Shown piece by piece: positions 20,160 to 29,851 of a stretch of DNA of 64,000 bases (positions are counted from its first letter, which is position 1; each line of letters opens with the position of its first letter). Where the stretch lies: contig JBNKCR010000025.1 of the NCBI GenBank assembly GCA_050287845.1, positions 32,001 to 96,000 on the forward strand, written 5' to 3'. The notes under the pieces are model-generated. The model searched no databases and was not told the origin of the DNA. It worked only from the letters and a program-made list of their open reading frames with translations. The position numbers were made by a program, and so were the translations under genes. This DNA is from Polyangia bacterium. GTDB lineage: Bacteria; Myxococcota_A; Polyangia; JAAYKL01.

Positions 20160-21155
20160 ATGAAAGATGTCTCTGATACCCAAAGGAGAAACCTGACAGG
20201 ACATCCTGTTATTCGGTACCTGGTCATGTTTGTCACCGGTAAATGCAATTTACAATGCCGATATTGCTACGCCCATGATTTGCTGCAATTTGGTGCAATG
20301 CCATTCGACATTGCTGTGGAGGCATTGAATATTGTGGCTTCATCGAACCGACCTTTTCATGTGCAGTTCACTGGCGGCGAACCCCTGCTGGAACCGCAGC
20401 TGTTAGGAAGCATTTGCGACTTTATTCAGGGAAAAAATATCAACATCTCGATGGGCGTCCAGACCAATGGCACGTTGATTAATGAACAGAACGCCCGAAT
20501 GTTTCAACATTACGGACTGGAAGTGGGGCTTAGTATTGATGGCATTGCGGATATTCATAATCTGCAGAGAGGCAGGTTCGATTCAACCATCCGCGGGTTA
20601 CAGGTACTTGCGCAACATGACATTCCCTGTCGAGTCACTACCGTCGTTACCGAGGCAAATGTATTGCATCTGGATAAGCTGGCGCTGATGCTGGCCGGGT
20701 TTTCCAACGTGAGAGGAATTGGGCTGGATTTACTGGTAAATAAGGGCAGTGCGGTCGTTCACCATTTAAAACCGCCGAGTCCCGGATGTCTCAGTAAGGG
20801 CGTGCAGGCCCTGAAGAAGATGCTGAATGTGGTGAACACCAGGCGAACGCTACCTCTACAGGTGCGCGAGCTGAATATGCATGGCAGGCGTAGGGATGTA
20901 CTGTGTCATGGGGCAAAAGGCGAAAGCATGGCTGTGTTACCCAATGGCAGTGTGTATCCCTGCAGTCAGACTGCTGGTGACCCGAATTTTAACTGCGGCA
21001 CTGTTCACAGTATCAACTGGAAACGGCTGCGAATGAGCGTTCAAGGTGACGATTGTCCCAGCCGGACACACTACAATCTGGGGGAGAACCTGATTCTGCA
21101 CACCGCCCTGCAGCGAGAGACACCGGGAAACAAAACTGAAAGAAATTTTGAATGA
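20160..21155 (+). CDS. Radical SAM protein with reduced SPASM/twitch tail
   Basis: CNLQCRYC, FTGGEPLL, QTNGT, SIDG; C..YPC in the tail. Confidence 0.85.
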   Translation: MKDVSDTQRRNLTGHPVIRYLVMFVTGKCNLQCRYCYAHDLLQFGAMPFDIAVEALNIVASSNRPFHVQFTGGEPLLEPQLLGSICDFIQGKNINISMGVQTNGTLINEQNARMFQHYGLEVGLSIDGIADIHNLQRGRFDSTIRGLQVLAQHDIPCRVTTVVTEANVLHLDKLALMLAGFSNVRGIGLDLLVNKGSAVVHHLKPPSPGCLSKGVQALKKMLNVVNTRRTLPLQVRELNMHGRRRDVLCHGAKGESMAVLPNGSVYPCSQTAGDPNFNCGTVHSINWKRLRMSVQGDDCPSRTHYNLGENLILHTALQRETPGNKTERNFE

Positions 21156-24100
21156 ACGAATTCAAGTTATGTTATTTCAGTGCAACTTCAATGGAGCTTC
21201 CGTCTCTGGGACATGCGGTGCGTGCCTACCGGAATACCGGTCAGGAAATTTCAGTGTTCTCGCGGACCCCGTCCCAGCTTTTTGCAGAAAATGAAATCAC
21301 GCGATTTGTAAAAAAAGCGATGGACTGCCACGTGGTATACGTCGCACTTCATGGCGGAAAGATGTCTTGTCCTGCGTTTGACCCGCTCGTTGCTGCTATG
21401 GAAGACGCAAAGAAGCAGGGCGATTCACGACCGCTGTTTGTGATTCAATCGGTGGGGGGGGACGAAGAGGCAGTTCTTTTGGCAAAGGAATATGGCGATC
21501 TCAATGACAGGGAAGGGGTTGCGCGAGTCAGTGAATATTTTACAAAAGGCGGCACTGAGAACTTTTTAAGGCTTCTTCAGTACTTGCACAGTATTTATTT
21601 CGATACTGGAGTCGAAATCCCTGCCCCGGTGTCGATTCCATGTCAGGGAATTTATCATCCGAAAATTAGTGGTGCAATGAATTTGGCTGCATGGGAATCA
21701 GAGATAAGAATCCCGGACAAACCAACGATAGGTATCTGGTTTTATCAGGGATTCTGGCTGAATCAGAATCTTGCCCATGTGAATGCATTCATCGCGGAAG
21801 TCGAAAAACAGGGGAACAATGCGCTTGCTGTCTTTTCGTACCGGTTAAAGGATGTGGCGCTGGGGAACCTTGGGGCAGACGACATTGTCGCGAAGTATTT
21901 TTGCCGCGATGGTAAACCGATGATAGATGCGCTGGTGAGTTTAATGGGGATGTCCATGAGCATTGCTCAACCGGAGTATGCCAATGTGCTCCCTGCGTTA
22001 AACGTTCCCTATCTGCAGGGACTGGTAAGCTCATCGCCCTGTGCCGTGTGGAAAGATAGCGACAAAGGTGTCTCCACAATGGATGTGACTTTTCAGGCAG
22101 CGCAGCCGGAGTTTGATGGCGCCCTGATTACGGTGCCGGTTGCAACAAGAGAAGAAAACGAAGTGTGTCCGGTAACTGGCGCCATGTTGTCTCACAACGT
22201 GCCGATTCCAGAACGCACGGCAAAACTGGTATCGCTCGCTCGAAACTGGGCACAGTTGCGACATGTTTCAAATGACCAGAAAAAGGTTGCGATTATTTTT
22301 CATCATTATCCCCCCAGAAACGATCGCATTGGATGCGCCGCCGGACTGGACAGTTTTGCCAGTGTGAAGCACATGGTCGATGCGTTGCAGGCAGCCGGTT
22401 ACACAATAGACGACACCTACGAAGACGGGGATGATTTAGCCAATAGATTGCTTGAAAAAATGACATGCGACCGGCGGTATCTGACGCCGGATAAGATGGC
22501 TTTGCGCGCTGAGGTGCAGATGGAAAGCGAACTGTTTGATAGTTTTCACAAACAGTTTCCGGAGTCGGCACGCACTGAAATGACAGCAGACTGGGGAACG
22601 CCGCCCGGGGAGTTGTTTGTTCATGACAACAAACTGCTGATGCCGGGCATTATGAATGGCAATGTGTTTATCAGTATTCAGCCTCCAAGGGGTTATCTGG
22701 AAAACCCCGAGGCGATTTTACACGATCTTCATTTATCGCCGCCTCATCATTATCTGGCGTACTACTGGTACATTCGGCATGTGTTTAAAGCCAACGCGGT
22801 CATTCACGTAGGCAAGCACGGTTCACTGGAATGGTTGCCGGGAAAAGCGCTGGGATTGAGCAACACCTGTTATCCCGACCTGGCCATCCAGGATTTGCCC
22901 AATATTTATCCATACATCATTAACGACCCAGGCGAGGGCACTCAGGCGAAGCGGCGATCGTATTGCGCCATCGTGGATCATCTGACACCGGTGTTTACCA
23001 ACGCGGACCTGTACGAGGAAATGAACGATGTGGATAGAATGCTCACAGAAATAAAAGACGCGGAAAGGCAGGATCCGGGAAAGCTGACTGTGCTTCGCCC
23101 CATGCTGTATGAGGCGGTAGTGAAAGCGGATTTGCACGAGGACCTTTCAATTTCTGAACAGGACGCCCTGGAGAAAACCGATGAGGTCACAGGCAAACTG
23201 CATGCCTACCTGTCTGAATTGTCCGACAACATGATTAACGATGGCCTGCACATAATGGGGCAGTCACCCAGAGGCAGTCAGCTGGTGGAATTGGTTGTTC
23301 AGATGACACGCCACGAAAATGGAGGCGTGCCGTCTTTGCGGGAGTCTGTCACTGCCGCATTGGGATACTGTTATGACGATGCGTTCAAAAATCGAGGTAC
23401 CGCCTTTCCCGGCAGCAAAGGGTTGACGGGTGGAGCGATTATACATCGGGCCCATGAGCTTTGTTTAAAACTGGTAACGTTACTGGAGGAGAATGATTTT
23501 AACGTTTTTTCTCCCGGGAACGCGGAGCTTCAGCTCCGCCCTGATATAATCGGACAGTTTGCGGAGCAGGAGCTCCGCGTTCCCGGATTTGGGAACAACA
23601 TACTCCGTGTCCTCAACTACATCTGCAATACACTGGTTCCCAATATCCGCCGAGTCACTGACGAGCTCTATGCGACGTTAAACGGTTTAAATGGCGGATT
23701 TATCTCTCCGGGCCCCAGCGGAGCCCCTACCCGGGGACAGGCAGACATTTTGCCAACCGGGCGAAACTTTTTTTCAGTTGATCCCCGGGTGATTCCGTCA
23801 AAATCCGCATGGGAAGTGGGGGTCAGTCTGGGGGATGCGTTGCTTTCTCGATACAAAGGTGAAACCGGTAAATACCCTCAGAGCATCGGCATGATTGTTT
23901 ATGGCGGCAACACCATGCGCACCAGAGGCGACGACATTGCGGAGATTTTGTATCTGATGGGGCTGCGGCCGGTTTGGGACCAACACGGTATTGTAAAAGG
24001 GCTTGAAGTCATTCCATACAAACAACTGAAGCGCCCCAGAATTGACGTGATGCCGCGTATCTCCGGCTTTTTTCGCGACGCCTTTCCCAATTTGGTGGCG

Positions 24101-24964
24101 TTGATTGATGACGCGGTCAATATGGTGGCAACACTTTTAGAACCTCAGGAAGTGAATTTCATTCGGGCGCATGTGGAAACAGATGCGTTGGAATATAAAA
24201 CGAGAGGCAAAAGCGATGCAGAGGCGAGAGCGCTGGCGTCCATTCGCGTGTTCGGGTGTCCGCTAGGCACATACGGCGCCGGCGTTGCGGAACTGATTGA
24301 ATCCAAACAGTGGGAAACCAAAGAAGATCTGGCCAACAACTACATTCGCTATTCGGCCCATGCCTATAGCAGAAACGCCTATGGCACGGTTCAGAAGGAC
24401 GCCTTTAAAAAAATGCTGAGCCGTATGGATGTAACGGTGAAAAACGAGGATTCCAGAGAATACGATATTTACTCCTGCACTGACTTTTACAATTACTATG
24501 GTGGGCTTATTGCCGCGGGCGCAGCGGTGCGGGGTATTGCGCCAAAATCGTACGTGGGCGACAGTACCGATCCCAAATGGGTAGGTTTGCGTTCTGTTGC
24601 GGAAGAAACGAAGTTCATTCTGCGCTCAAGGCTGCTCAATCCCAAATGGCTGGATGGCATGAAGCGACATGGCTATAAAGGCGCCGGCGATATTTCAAAA
24701 GTAATGGACATTATCATCGGATGGGACGCCACCGCCGATGTGATGGAAGACTGGATGTATGACCGGGTGGCAAAAACATACGCCCTGGATTCCGACATGC
24801 GAAAGTGGTTGAAGGAAGTGAACCCCCACGCTCTGTTAAACATTACCGAAAAGCTGCTTGAAACAATACAGCGCGGCATGTGGCAGACCGACGATGCGAC
24901 CGAAGAATATCTGCGTCAGACATATCTCGAAATTGAGGGTGATATTGAGGACTCTATTGGTTAG
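21152..24964 (+). CDS. cobN: Cobaltochelatase large subunit CobN
   Basis: QPEFDG, QPPRG, HVGKHGSLEWLPGK, NDPGEGTQAKRR, DHLTP, GLH, LPTGRNF, RISGFFRD, LLNPKW. Confidence 0.93.
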   Translation: MNEFKLCYFSATSMELPSLGHAVRAYRNTGQEISVFSRTPSQLFAENEITRFVKKAMDCHVVYVALHGGKMSCPAFDPLVAAMEDAKKQGDSRPLFVIQSVGGDEEAVLLAKEYGDLNDREGVARVSEYFTKGGTENFLRLLQYLHSIYFDTGVEIPAPVSIPCQGIYHPKISGAMNLAAWESEIRIPDKPTIGIWFYQGFWLNQNLAHVNAFIAEVEKQGNNALAVFSYRLKDVALGNLGADDIVAKYFCRDGKPMIDALVSLMGMSMSIAQPEYANVLPALNVPYLQGLVSSSPCAVWKDSDKGVSTMDVTFQAAQPEFDGALITVPVATREENEVCPVTGAMLSHNVPIPERTAKLVSLARNWAQLRHVSNDQKKVAIIFHHYPPRNDRIGCAAGLDSFASVKHMVDALQAAGYTIDDTYEDGDDLANRLLEKMTCDRRYLTPDKMALRAEVQMESELFDSFHKQFPESARTEMTADWGTPPGELFVHDNKLLMPGIMNGNVFISIQPPRGYLENPEAILHDLHLSPPHHYLAYYWYIRHVFKANAVIHVGKHGSLEWLPGKALGLSNTCYPDLAIQDLPNIYPYIINDPGEGTQAKRRSYCAIVDHLTPVFTNADLYEEMNDVDRMLTEIKDAERQDPGKLTVLRPMLYEAVVKADLHEDLSISEQDALEKTDEVTGKLHAYLSELSDNMINDGLHIMGQSPRGSQLVELVVQMTRHENGGVPSLRESVTAALGYCYDDAFKNRGTAFPGSKGLTGGAIIHRAHELCLKLVTLLEENDFNVFSPGNAELQLRPDIIGQFAEQELRVPGFGNNILRVLNYICNTLVPNIRRVTDELYATLNGLNGGFISPGPSGAPTRGQADILPTGRNFFSVDPRVIPSKSAWEVGVSLGDALLSRYKGETGKYPQSIGMIVYGGNTMRTRGDDIAEILYLMGLRPVWDQHGIVKGLEVIPYKQLKRPRIDVMPRISGFFRDAFPNLVALIDDAVNMVATLLEPQEVNFIRAHVETDALEYKTRGKSDAEARALASIRVFGCPLGTYGAGVAELIESKQWETKEDLANNYIRYSAHAYSRNAYGTVQKDAFKKMLSRMDVTVKNEDSREYDIYSCTDFYNYYGGLIAAGAAVRGIAPKSYVGDSTDPKWVGLRSVAEETKFILRSRLLNPKWLDGMKRHGYKGAGDISKVMDIIIGWDATADVMEDWMYDRVAKTYALDSDMRKWLKEVNPHALLNITEKLLETIQRGMWQTDDATEEYLRQTYLEIEGDIEDSIG

Positions 24965-24976
24965 GAAACATCAAAT

Positions 24977-26161
24977 ATGAAAATTGATACATACTACGAC
25001 GCCATGGCGCTCCACCGCGAAGACAAAATCATTTATGCACACTTTCTGAAACCCCATCGGGTAATTTCCACCTGTTCCGCCGCGGGTGGGGTCACTGACG
25101 AGATGGCGTACATGTACAACCATCAGTCCTGCGAACCCACAAAGCACCATACCGCTGCGGACCGAATTATGAAGATGTCAGACGGACTGTACCGCGAGGA
25201 TGTGGCCACAAGATACGGCCTGCCATCTGAAAAATGTGCCACCCTGGGCACAGCGGCCAATATGAGATGTGCCGCGGTAGTCACAAAAAAATTCAGAGAC
25301 ACTGAAGTGGTGGTGGTTGCGACAGGTGGTGTGGAAGCAAACGGCGGCCGTGCAGGTGACCCGGCAACGGTGTATGAATGCGACGGAAAATTCGAGCGCA
25401 TCACCGGAGACGCGCCAACCCCCGGAACCATTAACACCATGATTTTCATCAGCAAAGAGCTAACCCAGGGCGCGCTGGTCCGTTCCGTTATTACCGCCAC
25501 TGAGGCGAAATCTGCTGCGCTCCAGGAATTAAGTGTACCATCCCGCTACTCAAACGGTCTGGCTACAGGGACGGGTACTGACCAGATTGGCGTGGCATGT
25601 CTGCTGGGTACCGGTCATCCCCTCCGCTCTTCAGGAAAACACAGCAAGCTGGGCGAATTGATCGGCTCGGCGGTACGAGAGGCCATTAAAGAAACACTCG
25701 TTCGTCAAAACGGATTGTCTCCGGAAAATCGATGTGACATGTCGGTTCATCTGCAACGTTTTGGCGGGTCTCTGTCGCAACTGAAGAATGACATCGTAAG
25801 GCATTTAAATAGCCACGACGCCGAACTGCTACGGAACAACATACTGTGCCTGAATCACGATCCGCTGGTAGTGGCTGCCGTCATAGCCATGGTTCATGTG
25901 CGGGACCAACTGGCATGGAACGTGCTGCCCATGTCGTGTTTGCCTGATTTATTTATCTCCCACGGACTTCATATTGCCATGGCGGTCGCGGGGTGTGATA
26001 AACATTATGAAGACTGGAAACATTCGCTGGCGGCATTAAATATCACTTTAGACGATGCTGACTTTATGGAAATGATATGCTGTGCGCTGGCCCTGGGATT
26101 CGCCGATAAATGGCGACACTGCAATACCGAAAGTGAATCGACATGCCCAAAAAAGGACTAA
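24977..26161 (+). CDS. cbiZ: Adenosylcobinamide amidohydrolase
   Basis: GTAANM, TGGVEAN, GTINT, TATEAK, ATGTGTD, GKHSKLGE. Confidence 0.9.
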   Translation: MKIDTYYDAMALHREDKIIYAHFLKPHRVISTCSAAGGVTDEMAYMYNHQSCEPTKHHTAADRIMKMSDGLYREDVATRYGLPSEKCATLGTAANMRCAAVVTKKFRDTEVVVVATGGVEANGGRAGDPATVYECDGKFERITGDAPTPGTINTMIFISKELTQGALVRSVITATEAKSAALQELSVPSRYSNGLATGTGTDQIGVACLLGTGHPLRSSGKHSKLGELIGSAVREAIKETLVRQNGLSPENRCDMSVHLQRFGGSLSQLKNDIVRHLNSHDAELLRNNILCLNHDPLVVAAVIAMVHVRDQLAWNVLPMSCLPDLFISHGLHIAMAVAGCDKHYEDWKHSLAALNITLDDADFMEMICCALALGFADKWRHCNTESESTCPKKD

Positions 26162-26670
26162 TCATTGTAAATACCGGCAACGGCAAAGGCAAGACTACCG
26201 CAGCACTGGGGCTCGCATTTCGAATGTTGGGACACAAAAACAAAAAAGTGGCGATTGTGCAGTTTATCAAAGGCTCCTGGAAATACGGTGAACTGGAAAG
26301 CGCCAAACGGTTTTCAGATACACTTGAAATTCAGGTGATGGGTCGTGGTTTTACCTACAAATCAGAGGATTTCAGCAAGGATGTGGCTGTGGCAAAAGAA
26401 GCCTGGCAGCGGGCCAAAGATGTGATTGCGGCAAACGAACACGACATGGTTATTCTCGATGAGCTGACCTACCTGATAACCCTGAACATGATTCCTGAAG
26501 CGGAAATCATTGAAGCGCTCATGAATAAGCCTGAACAGATGCATGTGGTGATCACCGGTCGCGGCGCAACCGAAAAACTGATTGATTTGGCAGATTTGGT
26601 GACGGAGATGATAGAGATAAAGCACCCGTATAAATCCGGGATTAAAGCGCAGCGGGGTATTGAGTTCTGA
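26143..26670 (+). CDS. cobO: Corrinoid adenosyltransferase (CobO/BtuR)
   Basis: TGNGKGKTTAALG, QFIKG, ILDE, TGR, ADLVTEM, GIEF. Confidence 0.95.
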   Translation: MPKKGLIIVNTGNGKGKTTAALGLAFRMLGHKNKKVAIVQFIKGSWKYGELESAKRFSDTLEIQVMGRGFTYKSEDFSKDVAVAKEAWQRAKDVIAANEHDMVILDELTYLITLNMIPEAEIIEALMNKPEQMHVVITGRGATEKLIDLADLVTEMIEIKHPYKSGIKAQRGIEF

Positions 26671-26791
26671 AAAGCAATCATGATCAAAAAAGAAGAGATG
26701 TCACATCGGAAGAAACACTGTCATTATCTGATTGCTCTGACACACCACTGCGACTGAAACGCATCTGTAATCAATGTAAAAAGAAGGCCAG

Positions 26792-27598
26792 CTACGAGTT
26801 TGAGTACGCGACGGTAAGCACTGAAAGATTAGGGGAGGCAGTGAGTACTGTTTGCATCTTCTGCAATAGCGAGGTGACATCTTCAAATATTGGCATTCCC
26901 GACGTTGACGGACGCTTAATAGCGATAACCCGACAATCGGTTTGCCTTGCCGCCTCAATTTTTTCCGGAAACCCGCCTTTTTCGCCACCGTCTTTGGTGA
27001 CCAGCACGCCGATATTAAATTGATGAATCAACGCAATGTTATTGGCAATGGAGAACGGTCCCTGTCCGACGATTATCCTGTCCCTGGAAATACCGGCTTT
27101 TCGACATGCGTCGATGGATTCAGCGCGGTCAAGCACCCGCGCGGCGAGAAGAATGCGGGTTTCCTTTGCTTTGACTGCATATGGCGCCACATTCAGTGCG
27201 CCAATGGTGAGCAGCACCGGCGCGCCTATGGCAAACGCCACCTCGGCTGCACTCTCGTGTCCCGTAACCATCATCATGTCACGGGAATTCATAACACTGG
27301 CAGGCCGCATATAACGGAAATACGGAATGCCCAATTCATGGGCGACATCGTGAGCCGCAGGACCTATCTTTTCAGCGTATGGATGGGTCGCATCAACAAC
27401 AGCGGTGATTCGTCGCTGTACAATGATGTCAGTCAGGCGATGGCGGTTCAATTTGCCGGAGCGTTTCTCAATTTGGGGGTGCGGCGCCAGAGAAAGCGGA
27501 TGGTTGGTTGCAGTGGATACCAGAGCTGAAAAGCCGTTATGAACAAGCGCTAAAGCGACTTCGTTCGTATCGGCGGTGCCTCCAAGCAACAGAATCAC
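26792..27598 (-). CDS. cbiJ: Cobalt-precorrin-6A reductase (CbiJ/CobK)
   Basis: ILLLGGT, DATHPYA, GPFS, LVTKDGG, EKIEAA; GTG start overlaps cbiH TGA. Confidence 0.92.
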   Translation of the reverse strand: MILLLGGTADTNEVALALVHNGFSALVSTATNHPLSLAPHPQIEKRSGKLNRHRLTDIIVQRRITAVVDATHPYAEKIGPAAHDVAHELGIPYFRYMRPASVMNSRDMMMVTGHESAAEVAFAIGAPVLLTIGALNVAPYAVKAKETRILLAARVLDRAESIDACRKAGISRDRIIVGQGPFSIANNIALIHQFNIGVLVTKDGGEKGGFPEKIEAARQTDCRVIAIKRPSTSGMPIFEDVTSLLQKMQTVLTASPNLSVLTVAYSNS

Positions 27599-28308
27599 AG
27601 TGCATACCCCCGTGCGGTAACCATGTAAGGCCCGAGGCACCTTGTGCTTCTGGCACCCACGATAATGATGCTTTTCATATCTATTTCGCCTTTTAGAAAG
27701 TCAGACAGTTGGGTCAGGGTGACGCGCTCATCTTCTTTGCCCAGATTGCGGCCAATGCCCACAGGCGTCTCAGGAGCGCGATGGGCGCGCAATATTGATG
27801 CCGTTTCCTCAATCTGGGAAATCCTCTTTTTGCTTTTGGGATTGTACAGACACAGCACCATATCAAGGGGGGCGATGGCGGAAATTCGCATTTTTATTTC
27901 GTTCCAGGGCACCAGTAAGTCACTCAGGCTAATCACTGCGAAATCCAGCATCAATGGCGCGCCGAGTCTGGCCGCAGCGGTGGATGCGGCAGTGACCCCG
28001 GGAACCACTTCCAGTTCCACATTCAGAGATTCGGCCGCTGTCATTTCCATAGCGAGACCTGCCATACCGTAAACCCCCGCATCACCTGAAGAAACAAGCG
28101 CAACCGTTTGTCCGTTCCGTGCCAGTTTCAACGCTTCACGACATCGTCCCACTTCTGCGCGCATTCCGGAGGTCACTGTGTGTTGTCTCCCAATAATATC
28201 CCGCAGACTTTCCACATACGGGGTATACCCCACCACCACATCGCAGTTGCGTATGACTTCTGTTGCCCGGATGGTGCGGTCTTCGGGCGAACCCGGACCA
28301 ATGCCCAC
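27595..28308 (-). CDS. cbiH: Cobalt-precorrin-3 C17-methyltransferase (CbiH/CobJ); true N-terminus uncertain
   Basis: GIGPG, SSGDAGVYGMA, PGVTA, GAPLMLDF, SLSDLL, YNP, TARGY. Confidence 0.93.
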   Translation of the reverse strand: MGIGPGSPEDRTIRATEVIRNCDVVVGYTPYVESLRDIIGRQHTVTSGMRAEVGRCREALKLARNGQTVALVSSGDAGVYGMAGLAMEMTAAESLNVELEVVPGVTAASTAAARLGAPLMLDFAVISLSDLLVPWNEIKMRISAIAPLDMVLCLYNPKSKKRISQIEETASILRAHRAPETPVGIGRNLGKEDERVTLTQLSDFLKGEIDMKSIIIVGARSTRCLGPYMVTARGYAL

Positions 28309-29099
28309 TAAAAACAGTTTTCCTTTGCGATGGCCACCGTAACTCTCGGGTACTTCTGCTTTGGAACGACTAATATGGTTTTCCTTCCCGCAAGCAATGC
28401 TGCCGGCTCGGCAACACCGGGTAGTTTCACTTTTTCAAAAACAAATTGAGACTGCGCATTGTCTTTGGCGCAGCTTCTGATTTCATCTGACGGCATAAAT
28501 CGCAGCATTACGCCTGTGCGCCTCGCCGCTTCAATTAATCCGGATTCATCTGATTTTATATCGGCGCTGGCCCAGAGTCGTACGTTCTGAGACAGGTGCC
28601 CATGGTCGCTGAGTGTTTGATTTACAGCGGCATGTATCTCGTCTGCGCTGGTTCCTCTGCGACATCCGATCCCAACGACCAGGTATTTTTCGGCTTCTGT
28701 GGTAGTCGTTATCACCGGCTCTGCACCAATGATGTTTCCAACTTCAAGGGCCAGCTGGTTGGCGCCGCCCTCGTGACCACTGAGCAGACTGATGGCGTAA
28801 CGTGCGCCCACATCCACCACCACCACCGCCGGATCTTTTTTTTTGTGGCATATAACGGGAGCGATGGCCCGAACAGCAACCCCGATTGGCAGAATGAATA
28901 TGATATCGCTGTTTTTTTGAAACAACGATGCTGTCAGCGCGGCAATGCGATTAAATGAAATGTCGCCATTTTCCTTTTCCACTACACCGGCGTGGACATA
29001 AACATCGCAATTTGTAAAACCGCCTGCCAGCTGTCTGGCAACTGTTAAACCGTTGGCTGATAAAGTCACAAGGGCAATGGACCGCCGCGATACGTTCAT
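28308..29099 (-). CDS. cbiG: Cobalt-precorrin-5A hydrolase
   Basis: DPAVVVVD, LLSGHEGGAN, VITT, GIGCRRG, GVAEPAAL, VTVAIA. Confidence 0.92.
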   Translation of the reverse strand: MNVSRRSIALVTLSANGLTVARQLAGGFTNCDVYVHAGVVEKENGDISFNRIAALTASLFQKNSDIIFILPIGVAVRAIAPVICHKKKDPAVVVVDVGARYAISLLSGHEGGANQLALEVGNIIGAEPVITTTTEAEKYLVVGIGCRRGTSADEIHAAVNQTLSDHGHLSQNVRLWASADIKSDESGLIEAARRTGVMLRFMPSDEIRSCAKDNAQSQFVFEKVKLPGVAEPAALLAGRKTILVVPKQKYPRVTVAIAKENCF

Positions 29100-29851
29100 T
29101 TTTCGCCTTTTCTGTATCCATGGGAAAACCCTGCGTCATACAGTTTCGATGGCACACCTGTTTCGGCTAACACCCGCCCGATAATAATCAGCGCTGTTTT
29201 TTCTATTTTAGCTTCCCGGGTCTTGCCAACGATGGTGTCGAGAGTGCCGAGCAGCCATTTTTCTTCAGGCCAGGTGGCTTTGTACACCACTGCGACCGGG
29301 CACTCTTTGCCCAATTGGGGTTGCACCTGCCGGACGACGTTTTCGATTTGATTGACAGACAGGTACAGACACAGGGTGGCGCCGGTGGCGGCGAAGGATA
29401 CAAGTTGTTCCATGGCCGGCATCGGTGTGCGTCCCTCGGCCCGTGTCAGCACCACAGATTGCGACAGCTTCGGCCGGGTCAACTCTATTTGCAGTGATGC
29501 CGCGGCGCCCTGAAACGCACTGACGCCCGGAATGATTTCAAATGAAATGTCTTGCGCCCTCAACTTATCCATCTGCTCCCCGATAGCGCCATATAACGCA
29601 GGGTCGCCTGTATGGAGCCGGGCTACGGTTTTTCCTGTGCGGTGTTCATGAACCATCTCTAAGACGATTTCATTCAGATTCATTTTAGATGAATCCAGCA
29701 CGCGAGCATTCTCGGGCAGCAGTTGTAAAATGTCTGGATTCACCAGCGATCCAGCCCAGATGCAGCAATGGGTCTGCTGCAGTATTTTTTGCGCTTTAAC
29801 TGTCAAAAGTTCAGGGTCTCCGGGTCCTGCGCCAACAAAATAAATGGTCAT
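29096..29851 (-). CDS. cbiF: Cobalt-precorrin-4 C11-methyltransferase (CbiF/CobM)
   Basis: FVGAGPGDPELLT, AGSLV, RLHTGDP, GRTPMP, SKLYD. Confidence 0.95.
   Translation of the reverse strand: MTIYFVGAGPGDPELLTVKAQKILQQTHCCIWAGSLVNPDILQLLPENARVLDSSKMNLNEIVLEMVHEHRTGKTVARLHTGDPALYGAIGEQMDKLRAQDISFEIIPGVSAFQGAAASLQIELTRPKLSQSVVLTRAEGRTPMPAMEQLVSFAATGATLCLYLSVNQIENVVRQVQPQLGKECPVAVVYKATWPEEKWLLGTLDTIVGKTREAKIEKTALIIIGRVLAETGVPSKLYDAGFSHGYRKGEK

Noticed and set aside
26670..26792. Bidirectional intrinsic terminator between the convergent operons
   Set aside because: No GC-rich stem with U-tracts was found.
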